Assembly (NCBI GenBank): GCA_964016885.1
Contig: OZ024741.1
Coordinates: 96,720,001 to 96,784,000, forward strand
Direction: 5' to 3'
DNA: 64,000 nt
Source of the DNA: Eledone cirrhosa
Lineage: Eukaryota
Below the pieces are notes generated by a model. That model was given only the letters and a program-made list of their open reading frames with translations. It had not been told where the DNA came from and searched no databases. A program made the translations under genes and the position numbers. This document shows, in pieces, positions 1 through 13,145 of this stretch (the first letter of the stretch is position 1; each line of letters opens with the position of its first letter).

Positions 1-15
1 CTTGCGTCACATTGA

Positions 16-50
<35 letters not shown>

Positions 51-262
51 GAGAGAGAGAGAGAGTGATAAGGTGAGAGAGAAAGGAATTTTATGAAGTT
101 ACAGACAGGAAAATACCTAACTTTTGACATTTAAGCATTTTTAAATATCAAAAGCATGGCAAATATGATCGTCTTAATCTTGAATTATATACATAGAAAC
201 TGCATGCATACACTAGCACATAGACGCACGTGCGCGCGAAGGCACTCCTCACAAAAGCACAG

Positions 263-295
<33 letters not shown>

Positions 296-398
296 CAGTG
301 GGTGTCCCTCAAAAATCTATACACAGCTTGATTACCTGTAAAGGCAATATTTATTAGAATGCTTTTGAAGTGTCCATACATTTTTTCGGGACACCTTG
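296..398. mobile_element. Tc1/mariner-like MITE (~100 bp)
   Basis: Imperfect TIRs CAGTGGGTGTCCCTCAAAAATCTATACAC and (reverse complement) CAAGGTGTCCCGAAAAAATGTATGGACAC, flanked by TA within (TA)n. Confidence 0.6.
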
Positions 399-1261
399 TA
401 TATATATATATATTCTGGTTTTCCTAAACATGTATACACAATTCAACAGCATTCTCATAAATATACACCTTGTATATATTGGTTTAGTTTACATATATTT
501 ATTACTATTTCTATGTCTTTCGAAACTCTGACATAAACTCACAATCTTTGAAGGATGCAACTAAATCAGCCTTTTGGGAACAAGAAATAATCATAGAAAG
601 ACTATACATTATCTTGACATAGGAATTTCAATGAAAATGCTGACCCAACAATAATTATCTAGCTTTTAACCTTATCAGGAAACTGCAGCAAATTTAAACG
701 AAACCAGCTCATTAGAGTCTTTATTTAGTAGGTATTATAATTTTATAAATAACTTTATAATTCAATTTGTTGTGATTAGCAATGCAGTAATATAACTAAT
801 TATCCAAAGAAAATCCATCCACCTGAATTTTACGTCATGCGACTGCTAAACGTGACGCCTAATATCAATTACATAATTATTAGTACTTCACTGGCATGAT
901 TATAGCTAAATTATATTTCATTTCCGAATAGACACATATAATCCCAATATAACAGTGAACATGCAGAGACATTGAATCATCGAATAAAATGTATTGCAGC
1001 ATTCATTTCGGCTCTCTGTGACCCTAGTTCAAACCCTGCCTACTAGTAAAGTACTGAATTCAATTCCTTTTTTTCTTTTTCTGCTACTTTTTTTTTAAAT
1101 TGGGTGCTTCCAAACCACATGAAGCATGGGTTCAACCACGTATAAAAATATTGTACACCATATTTCATGACACTCATACAATACAAGCGGATTTGATGGT
1201 TAATGGAAGAAGGTGGGATCATATATATATATATATATATAATTACTTGTATGAACGTCAT

Positions 1262-1453
1262 ATAATTGTTTCTACTTTTGGCACAAGGCCAGCAATTACC
1301 CAGTGCATTACTGGTACTTTACTTTATCGACCCAGTAAGGATGAAAGGCAAAGTTAACCTCGGCGGGATTTGAACTCAGATCATAAAGGGACGTAACTCT
1401 ATGCTTCAAAGCATGGTGTCCGACTCTCTATTGATACTGCCAATCCACCGCCC
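1262..1453 (-). mobile_element. tRNA-derived SINE family A, full-length
   Basis: Minus strand: A-box-like TGGCAGTATC, B box GAGTTCAAATCCC, central GCCTTTCATCCTTAC..GGTCGATAAA..AAAGTACCAG (resembles MetaSINE core), 3' GGCCTTGTGCCAAAAGTAGAAACAATTAT. More than 10 copies in the window. Confidence 0.85.
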
Positions 1454-3189
1454 TGAACGTCATATAATGATATGAAGATATTAATGTATATGTATATATT
1501 TTCATGAGATTAGACATGGCTTATTAGCTTCAATTTTATTTAGAAGTTTATCAATGACGTAAACCTAGGCAAAAAGTTGTTGAAGAGCAAATTCCTCATT
1601 GAAAACAATGACAATGACGACCGTAATCATCAGGTTTATGCCGACTTCCAGGTGCCATTTACATTGTAAGAAAGCCAAAAATGTTTAAGACTTGGAGTAA
1701 AGGAGCTAAATTTGTCAGAGCAAAAATGATGATTATATCTCCAGGTTCTAGAGCTTTATACTAATTGCTGAAAGGCCGCCTCTCAGTGTGTAATGGAAAG
1801 TTGTGCTTTAATTATTCTAAGCTTAACGTCAGAAAAGCAGTTCATACTGAGACTTAACCCATTATCAACAATTATCTATCCCAGTTGTATAGATGCCTCT
1901 ACTTGTTATTACAATAGGTGGAAGCAACTTAGGTATTATGAAATATGTCAACCGAATGTAAACTTAAGGCTAACAATATAGTCTCGAATAAGTATCAAGT
2001 TTGAAAGCAGGCAGGAGTAATCCTATTGGTATTGGATGGGCGAATTTCCCTTGCACATGAAGATTTGTCATTTAGATTTAGTTCAATGTTCAGAGCTCTC
2101 AATCAAAATTTGAGAGTTGTTGAGTTCCATTCTCCATAACGATTGCTGGCCATAGTGATAATTTACCCGATTTTTAAAGCTATTGTTTATAACACTCAAC
2201 TGTGGCTACAGACATATTCTGCATACAGGATTACAACATTTTCACACACACACACACACACTTAACACTTATATATATATATATATGATAGGTTGGAGTG
2301 TGAGAATGACAAAATGCTTTCAGTTGTATTTGCCGTTAGATTTTTTAAACACTTTTTTATTTTTCAATTCATTAAAATTCCATGCCTGTTTCACAAAATT
2401 CTATTTGTTATTTTAAATTTCTTTAAATATGTTTTTTTTTTTTAAATACATGAAACAAAAGGAATGTTTACAACCTACATGCTTGAAGAAAAAAATTCAT
2501 ATGAGCAAAGTTCTACGGTGTTTTTTTTATTATATTCTTTTGCGAATGTAGTGTTTTCAAAACAAGTAAGTAAATAAGAGTTACCAGAGTGAATATTCAA
2601 ACGTTGCCGTTCCTAATGCTGTAATAGCATTTTGTATGCTTATGCATGCCAAACAGAATTTTACAGAATTCATTGTTCAACTGTTATATTGCTACACACT
2701 GGTTATGTACGAATTTATACAAGAATACAGAGTATTGAAAAATAATTATGCGCATCTTGCAAAACAGACTGGCATTTCCCGCTATTTTCTAAATGCTGTA
2801 TGATATGTTGTTGTTGTAATATTCCTTCGCACAAGGTATCATAGTGTTTGTTATTCTGTGATGAGGCGATAAGATTCGTTGAAATACGTACAAATGTCTA
2901 AATTCTTATGTCTTACCGTGTACAGAGTTGTTGTTGAAATACTTTACACTTCAAAGTTTATTCCTGTTACAAATAAGACTTCTAAAAACGCAGTTATATC
3001 TATTTAAAATTTACTGCAAAATCTTAAAATGCACGCTGTGCCCAAGCATAAATAAATATACATATAAATATAAATATATATATATAAATATAAATATATA
3101 TATAAATATATGCATAAGACGATGAATTAGTGGTGAATTTGGTGTAAATATATATATATATATATATTGAGTGAGAGTGAAAGACCAAA

Positions 3190-4115
3190 GGTCATTTTTG
3201 AAAGTCTCTGGATTTCCCAAAATACGTAATATTTTCTATTGGAGAAGGTAAGATATTTTTCCTGAAAAATTTGATTACACTGATTTGTTTCCATTTATGT
3301 AAATTTCGAAAATGTTATTTATACATTATAAAGATTAAATGATAGCATTCTATATGTAGGTGCCCCCTCCCCTTCATCTGGCAACCAATATTTTTAGGCC
3401 TAGTCCGCCACTGTATATATGTATATACATAATGCCAATCATTGTAAGTTTGAATCTAACTGACATGCAAATACATATATATAGGAATATGTTAAGCCCA
3501 AATCATAGTAGATTCAAATATCAGAGAGAGAGAGAGAGGGGGAGAGAGAAAGAGAGATAGATAGAGAAAGAGAGAGGGGAGAGAGAGAGAGAGCGAGAGA
3601 GGGGGTGTAAGGTTAAAATGTAGTTTAGATAGGTGAGAAACAAAACGAGGATGTAGTTTATAGAACACCCAAATGATTTAGAAGTCGGGTTTAAGTAGGA
3701 GCAATGACATTAAGAAAGACGTGAACGACACCACAACAATTTGTTTAGAAAATTTTGAAAGTAGGTTTATAAATATGAATTTTCATAAAATGTTCGTAGT
3801 TGTCTCTGGCTTAGAGGTAGGTACTAGACGTTGGAGATCCTGACCTTGGGTTCAATCCAAGTCAAGTTCTTATTTTACAAGCAGTAAAAAAAAATCTGAA
3901 AAGGTTTATCGAGAACACTACTCCTGACCAGGACCGAACTTCAGACCAGGATTACCACCGTCTATGATTCCTCCAACTAGGCCACCGAGGCATCTACAGA
4001 AGTATAAGGACAATTGATAATTATAAACCTACTTTCAAAATCAAAGTTAAAAAGATGTGGTGTCGTTCATGGCGTTCCTAGAGCTATTGGTAATATTTAG
4101 GGTCGACTTGTCAAT
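3190..4115. repeat. Composite repeat copy 1 (block X 3190-3360, block Y 3430-4115 with internal inverted tRNA-like heads)
   Basis: Both blocks recur at 4395-5250 in swapped order. Confidence 0.7.
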
Positions 4116-4212
4116 ACTCTGCCCTTTGGTAAAAACCTGATTATTCCTATGTGTGTTTAACTGTTGAATTAATTTAATTTGATTATGTTAGCAAACAAAT
4201 AATACACACACA

Positions 4213-4308
<96 letters not shown>

Positions 4309-4394
4309 GTTACCACAACAGTTAGTTCACCATACCGAGAACAATTGTTTCACCTCAGCGGATCCTCAGCTCACCATGGACAAGGTAATATATA

Positions 4395-5250
4395 TATATA
4401 ATGCCAACCATTGTAAGTTTGAATCTGACATGCAAAAACATATATATATATATGAATAAAGTAAGCCCAAATCATAGTAGATTCAAATATCACAGAGAGA
4501 GATAGATAGATAGAGAGAGAGAAGGGGTGAGAAATCTGGTGCGACAGAAATGCAACATGGATTACAGGTTAAAATATAATCTAGATAGATGTGAAACAAA
4601 ACGAGGATTTAGTTTTTGGAACACCCAAATGATTTAGTAGTGGACCTTAAGTAGGAGCAATAACATTAAGAAAGACATGAACGACACCACAACACTTTGT
4701 TTTGAAAATTTTGAAAGAAGGTTTATCAGTATACATTTTCATAAGTTTTTCGTAGTTGTCTCTGAGGCCTAGAGGTACGTACTTAGAGACGGTGAAGCTC
4801 CCGGCCTTATGTTCAATCTTGGTCAAGTGGTACATGTAACCCTTTACAGTTTTTATTGTACAACCAATAGATAAAATCTGAAAATGTTTACCGGGACTCT
4901 ACTCCCGACCAGGGTCATAACCATCTCTGATTCCTCCAGCTCGGCCACCGACACAGCTACAAAAGTAAAAGGAAAATTGATAATTATAAACGTACTTTCA
5001 ATAATCAAACTTAAACAGATGTGGTATCGTTCATGGCTTTCCTAGAGCTATAGTAATATTTAGGGTCGATTGTGGTCATTATTGAAAGTCTCCGGATTTT
5101 GCAAAATACATCATATTTTTATTGGAGTAGGTAAGATATTTTCTGCAAAAATTTGATTGCACTGTTTTGTTTCCACTTATGTATTTTTCGAAAATGTTAT
5201 TTATTCATCAAAAAAATTAAATGAATGCATTCTATATGTAGTCGGGCTCC
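4395..5250. repeat. Composite repeat copy 2 (Y' 4395-5070, X' 5080-5250)
   Basis: Direct similarity to 3430-4115 and 3190-3360, e.g. ATGCCAA.CATTGTAAGTTTGAATCT and TTGAAAGTCTC.GGATTT. Confidence 0.7.
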
Positions 5251-5339
5251 CTTCATCTATATATATATATATGTGTGTGTGTGTGTGCTTGTGTGTGCTT
5301 GTGTGTGTGTGTCTGTGTATATAAATATATAAATGTAAA

Positions 5340-5379
<40 letters not shown>

Positions 5380-5384
<5 letters not shown>

Positions 5385-6663
5385 TGGCTGTCCCTGAGCT
5401 TCTTCTCCATCTCAGGCTGGATCCTGTTAAGAATCATCCTGTTGAGGGTCTTTGCCACAAGTGACGTCAGTGAGATCCCCCTTCGGAGAGGGAAGATCAA
5501 CCACCAGTCACATCCTGATGCTGAGGAGGATATTAGAGGGAGCTAGAGCAAAGTGCCTTTCTGCGGTTATGGTTTTCATTGACTTTAGGAAGGCCTTTGA
5601 TTCTGTGGACCGTTACTGCCTGATGAAGATCTTACAGGCTTATGGAATCCCCAAGAAGATAGTGGACCTGATATCACTGCTCTACACCAACATCAAAGCC
5701 CAGGTCATTACACCTGATGGGATGACAGAGTTCTTTGAGATACTGGCTGTAGTGCTCCAGGGAGATACATTGGCTCCCTACCTTTTTATCATCGTAGTGG
5801 ACTATTGTATCCGCCTTGCACTGGAGAAACACCAGGACTCTGGCTTTACTGTAGTACCGGCTCAGAGCAGGAGAGTTAAGGCGAAAAAGGTATCGTATGC
5901 TGAATTTGCCGACGACATAGTTTTGGTGACAAATACAGTGAAGGAGGCAGAGGATTTGATGCGGGAGGTTGAGACTGTGTCGATGAGTGTGGGGCTGAGA
6001 ATGAATGGGACTAAAACAAAATATCTGGTAGAGAATGTTGAGAAGCCAGAGGTGATCACTAATGTAGGCGGGAAGCCGCTAGAATTGGTTAAGGGCTTCC
6101 TGTATTTGGGAGCAAAGATTGGGAATACCGAAGATGATGTGGTTGAGAGGAAGAGCAAAGCCTGGGCGGCGTACCACAGCTTGAGATCGGTGTGGAAGTC
6201 GGACCTTCATAAATACCTGAAAATCCGCCTCTTCATTGCTGTAGTGGAGTCTGTGCTGCTGTATGGGTCTGAGACTTGGAAACTGACCAAGAAACTCACT
6301 CAGATGGTGGATGGGTGCTACACGAGAATGCTGAGGATGGCTCTGAACATTAATCAGTATACACTGAGGATGAAAAACTCAGAGCTGTATGGGAGCTTCC
6401 CAAAAGTCAGCTCAAAAGTGACACAGAGGAGACTGAGGTTAGCTGGACATGCTCACCGACATCCAAAGTTGACATTGCACTCAGTGCTCCTGTGGGAGCC
6501 CCTACATGGACACACTAGAAGAGGAAGACCAAGGTTAACGTATGTTGATGCCCTAAGGACAGACACTGGTCTGTTGGAGACGCAAGACATGGCAGCGATG
6601 ATGAGGGACAGAGACCACTGGAGAGAACTCGTCCATGGATCTCGGGAATTTTACCCGCCTTAG
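5380..6663 (+). mobile_element. 5'-truncated RTE-clade LINE with 5' inversion, inserted in (TA)n
   Basis: RT ORF on +. 5380-5480 encodes the immediately upstream RT segment on the opposite strand. (TA)n lies on both sides. Confidence 0.9.
5452..6663 (+). CDS. RTE-clade reverse transcriptase, C-terminal part (open frame, N-truncated)
   Basis: Motifs FIDFRKAFDSV, VLQGDTLAPYLF, FADDIVL, FLYLG, ESVLLYGSETW, RRLRLAGH, RRGRPRLTY, DRDHWR. Confidence 0.85.
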   Translation: MPQVTSVRSPFGEGRSTTSHILMLRRILEGARAKCLSAVMVFIDFRKAFDSVDRYCLMKILQAYGIPKKIVDLISLLYTNIKAQVITPDGMTEFFEILAVVLQGDTLAPYLFIIVVDYCIRLALEKHQDSGFTVVPAQSRRVKAKKVSYAEFADDIVLVTNTVKEAEDLMREVETVSMSVGLRMNGTKTKYLVENVEKPEVITNVGGKPLELVKGFLYLGAKIGNTEDDVVERKSKAWAAYHSLRSVWKSDLHKYLKIRLFIAVVESVLLYGSETWKLTKKLTQMVDGCYTRMLRMALNINQYTLRMKNSELYGSFPKVSSKVTQRRLRLAGHAHRHPKLTLHSVLLWEPLHGHTRRGRPRLTYVDALRTDTGLLETQDMAAMMRDRDHWRELVHGSREFYPP

Positions 6664-6680
6664 ATATATATATATATATA

Positions 6681-7102
6681 TACAATATGTTGAAAGGGGA
6701 ACACACTAGAGAGAGAGAGAGAGAGAGAGAGAAATATCGTGTGCCATCAATAAAACAGGGAAAACGACCAGTGTATGGAATCTATAACCTATGGAAGGCA
6801 GGGTAGACACACAGTAATTTAAAATATAAATTAAAATGCATATAACTATGTAGTTATAGAGGTGCGTATATGCATTTTGATTTATATTTTTAATTATTGT
6901 GTGTCTACCCTGCCTTTCATAGGTTATAGATTCCATACACTGGTCGTTTTCCCTGTTTTATTGATGGCACACGATCACCCCCCCCCCTCTCTCTGTAGTG
7001 TGTTACCCTTTCAACATATTGTATTTTAAAGAGTTCAGGATTCCTTTTCCTTTGAGCATAGAATTTACAGAGAATAACGAGTCTCTGGCTCCGTTAATTT
7101 AT

Positions 7103-7107
<5 letters not shown>
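6681..7107. mobile_element. Foldback repeat family F, copy A (near-perfect hairpin 6681-7024 plus tail)
   Basis: Arms such as CCAGTGTATGGAATCTATAACCTATG and CATAGGTTATAGATTCCATACACTGG. Ends TATCGTGA|(TA)n. Homologous to 13670-14310 and 17351-17855. Confidence 0.75.
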
Positions 7108-7171
<64 letters not shown>

Positions 7172-7576
7172 TGCATATATATATATTCACACACACGCCT
7201 GATTTTGTTATTTATTTACTTTCTGTATGCAAGTGAATGCTGGTTATGCATGGCGACACTTGTCTTACCACACAAGTGTTCCCTTCATAATTTATTAGCC
7301 TAGTTACTTAATTAATTACATTTTAATTAAAATATTTATAACCTAGAAGCATATATTGCTACACATCAATATAACTTTAAAATATCGGTGAGTACATGTA
7401 TGTGTACGTATATACATGAATGTGCTTGTATGTGTGTTATTAAATATCAGCATCCTACATTGGTCATGAACAAATGTTGAGTAGTTCAAAGGTTCAATAC
7501 AGGTAAGGAAAAGAATATTAGTTTTAGTGAAAAGCAGCTTATTGTGAAACTGAGAGTTCAGGCAGCTAGGAATGTC

Positions 7577-8280
7577 GCTTCTTCTTCTTCTTCTTCTTCT
7601 TCTTCTTCTTCTTCTTCTTCTTCTTCTTCTTCTTCTTCTTCTTCTTCTTCTTCTTCTTCTTCTTCTTCTTCTTCTTCTTCATTGTGTCATGGGTGCAGAT
7701 TCCTTAAACACTGCTCCCAGCGGTCCCTGTCAGAAACAATCGACACGACAGGATCCCTAAAAAGATTAGCTAAGCTCATTGATGTTATCCAACCATCCTG
7801 CTCGTTCCCTGGCCGGTTGTTTTTTTTCTGTAAAATATATCCATCAATTCTTTCTTGAGATATTCTAAGCCCATGCTAGGAGTATAGGGGCTAATATTTC
7901 TGAGTTCGGAGAAGTAGCGGCTCTACCTGGAGCGACTCGCTGATCGCCGATATATGCACACTATTGAGTAATATTACTCCTAAACCTTTCACAGAAGCAC
8001 TATTTTGTTTGCTCATTAAGTGTCATGACCATAGGTAAGGTTTCGCACACTAAGATTCATGTTTGCTCATTAAGCTTTAAAAACATAGGTAAGGGTTGGA
8101 ACGATTACCGAATTGATAATAGCGATTTTGGCTTTTACACATACCTCCCTTCTTCTGATTACCGAATGCTGTAGCTGGCGCGTTACTGCACCAGCTCCAG
8201 CAATTTTTCTATAACTGGTGAACATCGCTCCGAGATGCTTGAACAGCTCCGCATGCTTCAGCTGAACTCCATTCATATGC
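7577..8280 (-). mobile_element. 3' fragment of RTE-clade LINE with (GAA)n tail
   Basis: Minus ORF NGVQLKHAELFKHLG...AKIAIINSVIVPTLTY and terminal DRDRWEQC. (CTT)n at 7577-7680 is the tail. Confidence 0.75.
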
Positions 8281-8749
8281 AGAGTGCACTGCGCAGAATG
8301 CTAACACATAAATGCTAACACGAGCAAATACGTACACACATTCATTCATACATATATCTCCATACATATATATGTACATATATACATCCCTATACAGACA
8401 CATACACATATGCCTGTATATACACATACATACGTACATATATACATACATATATACATACATACAAACATAAACATTAATAATTTTTAAAATGTCAGTG
8501 ATAGGAAATTAAAGTCAGTATTAACGTATCATTTCGAATTGCCTAATTTCATCTCCTTATTATTTGGTGTTCAAATAGATAAGGATTTGATGATAATGTA
8601 GTTGTGGTAAACAGATTACTGCCAAAAGTATTATTTACAGAATGGAATTGCTTCTTCCATCCAAAGTCCCCAGTAACCCATTGAACTTAAATGATATTTT
8701 TGACAATGATGAAGTAGAATACATTCTGTAATATAAACTTAATTGCTCT

Positions 8750-9500
8750 AGCTAATGAATCAAGTCATATTATCCACAAGCACCAAAGAAGTCGACCCTT
8801 CGATTGATTACTTGTATTCCCCCTCTGAGAATCTCAAGAGTCTCACCCAGGCAGAGGCTGGAAATGTCTAATCCACACCAAAAAGTATGGGTTTCTTTCC
8901 AACTTGAGCCTCCAGATCCGTTCAGAAATGGCCATGCATTTCCATTTATTGATCCTATTAAAGGATTGGCGGTGATTATATCACCTTTCCCTGAAGCACG
9001 TCGACGCTGCTCCTATGTATCTATACCTCCAGTTGGGGGTAGTGACCCTGGACTGGTAAACTAGATTTTTGCCAGGTATTTATTGTCAAGCGAGCCCTAA
9101 CGTGTTTTCTGCAGTTACATAATTTGCTCGACACCTGAGTATTTATTGCGGGATGTCTAGTGGGAAAGGTGGAAGGACCGGTCACTGTAACTTGTATATG
9201 GTCCCTTCGTAGGTAAGGGCTATTCGGAGCAGTCGTGGGCCCATTGCTACCTCCATCATGTGTATGTTCCCGTTTGCACCTGTCTAAAGATCCTAAGCCT
9301 ATTATTATTGATCATAGCTATGTGCCGAGCTAAGCTGCGCGTGGTGGAGTATGAGTGCTTCAAAGTTTGCCCAATAAAAATCTTATGGAACCTATGGGTC
9401 CAGCGCCTTAAAAAAATTAACCGACCAGGATGGTTTGCAGTCCCACAGATTGTGACAGTTTGTATCAGGTTACTTTTCTATGCTTATTTCTGGTTCTAGA
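8750..9500 (-). mobile_element. Degenerate Penelope-like element, GIY-YIG region (CNCR-linker type)
   Basis: Manual minus-strand translation gives FHKIFIGQTLKHSYSTT, KLCNCRKH, LVYQSRVTT..RYIGAASTCFRER*YNHRQSFN, RIWRLK and SLCLGETLEIL..INRRVDFFGAC, with frameshifts. Confidence 0.7.
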
Positions 9501-9654
9501 TGTGTATGTGTGTGTGAGAGAGAGAGATTTAACTGCTCCTAGTGAGACTTGATAACACTGAGATGACACCTCATATCGTTACCTACCCTGTAACATATCA
9601 AGCAACAATTTCTACCCTGATTTGTGGTCTTCATGATCTTAGAAGCGAGAAGCC

Positions 9655-9796
<142 letters not shown>

Positions 9797-10014
9797 CGTG
9801 TGCGTGTGCGTGCGTGTGTTTGTGTTAAAATAACTTTCAAAGTAATTTTATACATTCTGATTCTGTTACGTCTTAAAGACTTAAAGACTAGTTGTACTAG
9901 CTGTACTAGTTGTATCAAAGGAGAGTTTAGGACTTCTGAATTTATGTTGATGTTTGGATTTCAGTTGAAATGATTTATCAGTTAACCCTGTATATTATTT
10001 AATGTAATTACAAG

Positions 10015-10160
10015 GGTGGTTGGTGATGTCATTAGATCACTTAACAAAATGTTTTGCGGTAATTTGTTCCGTGTTTTTACGTTCTGAGTTCAAGTTCAGC
10101 TGATGTCAATTTTGCTTTTCATCTTCCTGCCGTCGATAAAATAAAATACTGGATAGGTAT
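10015..10160 (+). mobile_element. Degenerate SINE family A copy
   Basis: TTCTGAGTTCAAG...TTTGCTTTTCATCTTCC..GTCGATAAAATAAAATAC. Confidence 0.55.
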
Positions 10161-11277
10161 ACCCACCTTTCCTCTTACCCCAACATGTAAAGTTTTCGGA
10201 CTAAAGTAAAAAAATAGAAGCATAGAAAACTCTCGATTTCGAATGAAGTAAAGTATTTTCAAACAATATACCGAGTGAAATCAATTGCGTTTAAATGTTT
10301 TTTTCTAATAAATAATATTTAATATTTCTGGAGCAACAGTTCCTGAAGAACTAGTGTGTTGGTAGCGCATATATACTGTTTTGCAGTAACTATCATAGTT
10401 CATTATCAAAGGGCACTGAGTGCAAATAAATTTCCACCTTATCCATTGTGGATAATAATAAAATTACCTGTCAAGTACTATACTTAGTTATATATAATAA
10501 ACCAATCCCACTTACGAAACAAATAAACAATAAACAGATGCATTATCTTCTTACATCTATGGAATTGACAGAACCATTCCCGAAATCAAAGTGACATGAA
10601 ATATATTTTCCCTAAATGATCGTGAAACCTCTAACTTAATATTTCAAATAAAAAAATATTATCCTCAACAAAGAAGCTGTCAAAGTGAATTGCCATGTAC
10701 GTTTGACTAGTAAACCTATTATCAAATAGAATTATTTGATGGGTGTAGTATTAAAATAAAACGCAAAGAAGAAAAACATTAAGAAATAGTATGCGTGAGT
10801 GTGTCTGTAGGTGTGTATATATGTGGTCGTATCTGTTAGTGGGCGTGAGTATGCGTGCGGGAACTGTGTGGTATTTTTTTAAGTTCTTCGTGGTATACAA
10901 CTTCCTTCTTTAATAGATGACAGATGGTGTCAACATTATTCAGTTGAGATTAAAACTGGATTGATTTCCTCTAACAGAGGCTTCATCATCCATCATCTAA
11001 CGTTATCATTGAGAAAACAAGAGAAACTGTTATGGTTTAGGTCTGGGTGGGGGAAAGGAAGCAAAGTGGATAAGAGAATAAAAAAGGTATCTTCAAAGAT
11101 GAAAAAGAAAGAAGCAGTGCTGTAAGGAATAGTAATACATATAACAGACCCACTCCGTCACACACACACATATATGCTTGCTTGCGTGTTTGTGTGAGAA
11201 TGCAGTCATGTATATACATATAATATATATATATATACATGTATGTATGTATATATGTATATATATATATACATAGT

Positions 11278-11309
<32 letters not shown>

Positions 11310-11311
11310 GT

Positions 11312-11373
<62 letters not shown>

Positions 11374-11409
11374 GTTATATATATATATGTATATATATCT
11401 ATCTATCTA

Positions 11410-11472
<63 letters not shown>

Positions 11473-11839
11473 GTATATATATATATATGAGTCTGTATGT
11501 GTGTGTGTAAATAAATATACCCATGATACACTCATTCATATACACACACTCACATACAACACAGAGGTGGGAGATTGGTAGTGTTTTAGTTATATTAATA
11601 TGTATTTTGTAAACTGAGATTGTTAATAACAATAGAAACTATGAATTCACTCTTCTTCTTCTTCTTCTTCTTCTTCTTCTTGTATCATATAGCTAGGTTT
11701 GTGTTTGGTTTACGCAGGAAATATATTACACCATAACTGTCCAATTGAGATTGATTCACTACATTATTTGCCGTTTTTTGTTTAAGTGGAAGAATCTACA
11801 TATTTCAACTGTTGCAAAGTAATACTCAGGCTTATCCTG

Positions 11840-13145
11840 CTGGGCAACGTCTGATAGATAACGGACGCGAGACCGCGTCATTTTCACTCACCGGAGGATT
11901 TAGAATGTAAGGTTAAGCAATCATCGGTTCTTTCATCATTAATATTTTTATTGCCGGTCATCGGCAAGAAGAGAAATGTTTTTGGAAACTCCGTGAGTTC
12001 ATGTATTTGAGTTGTTTTTGAGTTGGTATTTGCGATGTTTTGTTCCTAAGGGGTTGTAAGACTTCCGTCTTTGGCCTGTGAAAGGGAAACTTTATGGATT
12101 TTTAGCCTTTTGGCCCAAATATTTGAACTTGGTTTGTAAAAGATTTATCGTTTAAAAAAAAAAAGATGGAGCCACGCCACCCACCCCCAGCTTTGAGTCT
12201 GCGGAGGAGTGACAGTGGCTTAAACATTGAGGAAAAACACCATCACCACCAAAATGTAACGACTAAAAGCACAATAGACAACAACAATAACAACGATGTT
12301 AGTAACACCACCACCAATATCAACATAAACAACACCAAAAACAACAGTAAAAATGAAACAATTGAACGCAACAACCCACACCAGCTGCAAAAATAACTAC
12401 GACAACTGCAGCAAGACCAACACAACCAACACCAACTGCAACAACAAGAAGAGCAGCAAGAAGAACAACGAAAACAACAACATCACCAACAACAAGAACA
12501 CTTTCGCTGTGGTAATAGCCAAAAAGACACCATGCTTCAGAATGGACCTCATCGAAAAAGGAAAAAGTTTGCCCAGGACTGGAAGCTCTTCAGACAAGTG
12601 CAAACCTAGGCCAAAGTAACTTTCCCGGCGGAAGCCATAGAAGCGGTGGAGAGGAGAACGGTGCATTTTAGATGCATTTCAGTGCTGAGAAAGAAGCGGC
12701 AATAATTCCCCAAGCTGAAATATAAACTACGCTGAGGTAAATCAGGGATGTTCACAAGAACAGCCAGGGAGCACTAGCCCGGGGTTGATCTGGAGAAGTA
12801 TCCCCGGATCAGGCCTGAAGACGTGAGAAAAATCGTTGATCACACACGCTTCCAAAACGGGTCAGTCGTGCACATAATGACCGTGGGCTAAAAGCCGCAT
12901 TGTTTCGTCTCAGGTGAAACAAAACATTTGCAAGCCTTTAGCCCTCAACGGAAAAACGCAAAGGGTAGTAAGTCTCCACTGTTGTCAGCGGCATGGGAGG
13001 GTACCACTGTCAGCTCCGGCAGCAGCATCACCAGCGTATTTGGTCACCCAAGGGAAAAGTGAGGAAGCTCCCCCCCTCCTCAAAAAATACACCCATGGAC
13101 ACAAACACACTTACAGCCACATACACCTCGTCTTCAAATAGCAAT
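11840..13145 (+). mobile_element. 5' portion (5'UTR plus decayed ORF1) of a Tx1-clade LINE
   Basis: MEPRHPP start, Asn/Thr-rich tract, TFAVVIAKKTPCFRMDL and EAIEAVERRTVHFRCIS match ORF1 of the element at 39053-44970. No ORF2. Start boundary approximate. Confidence 0.75.
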
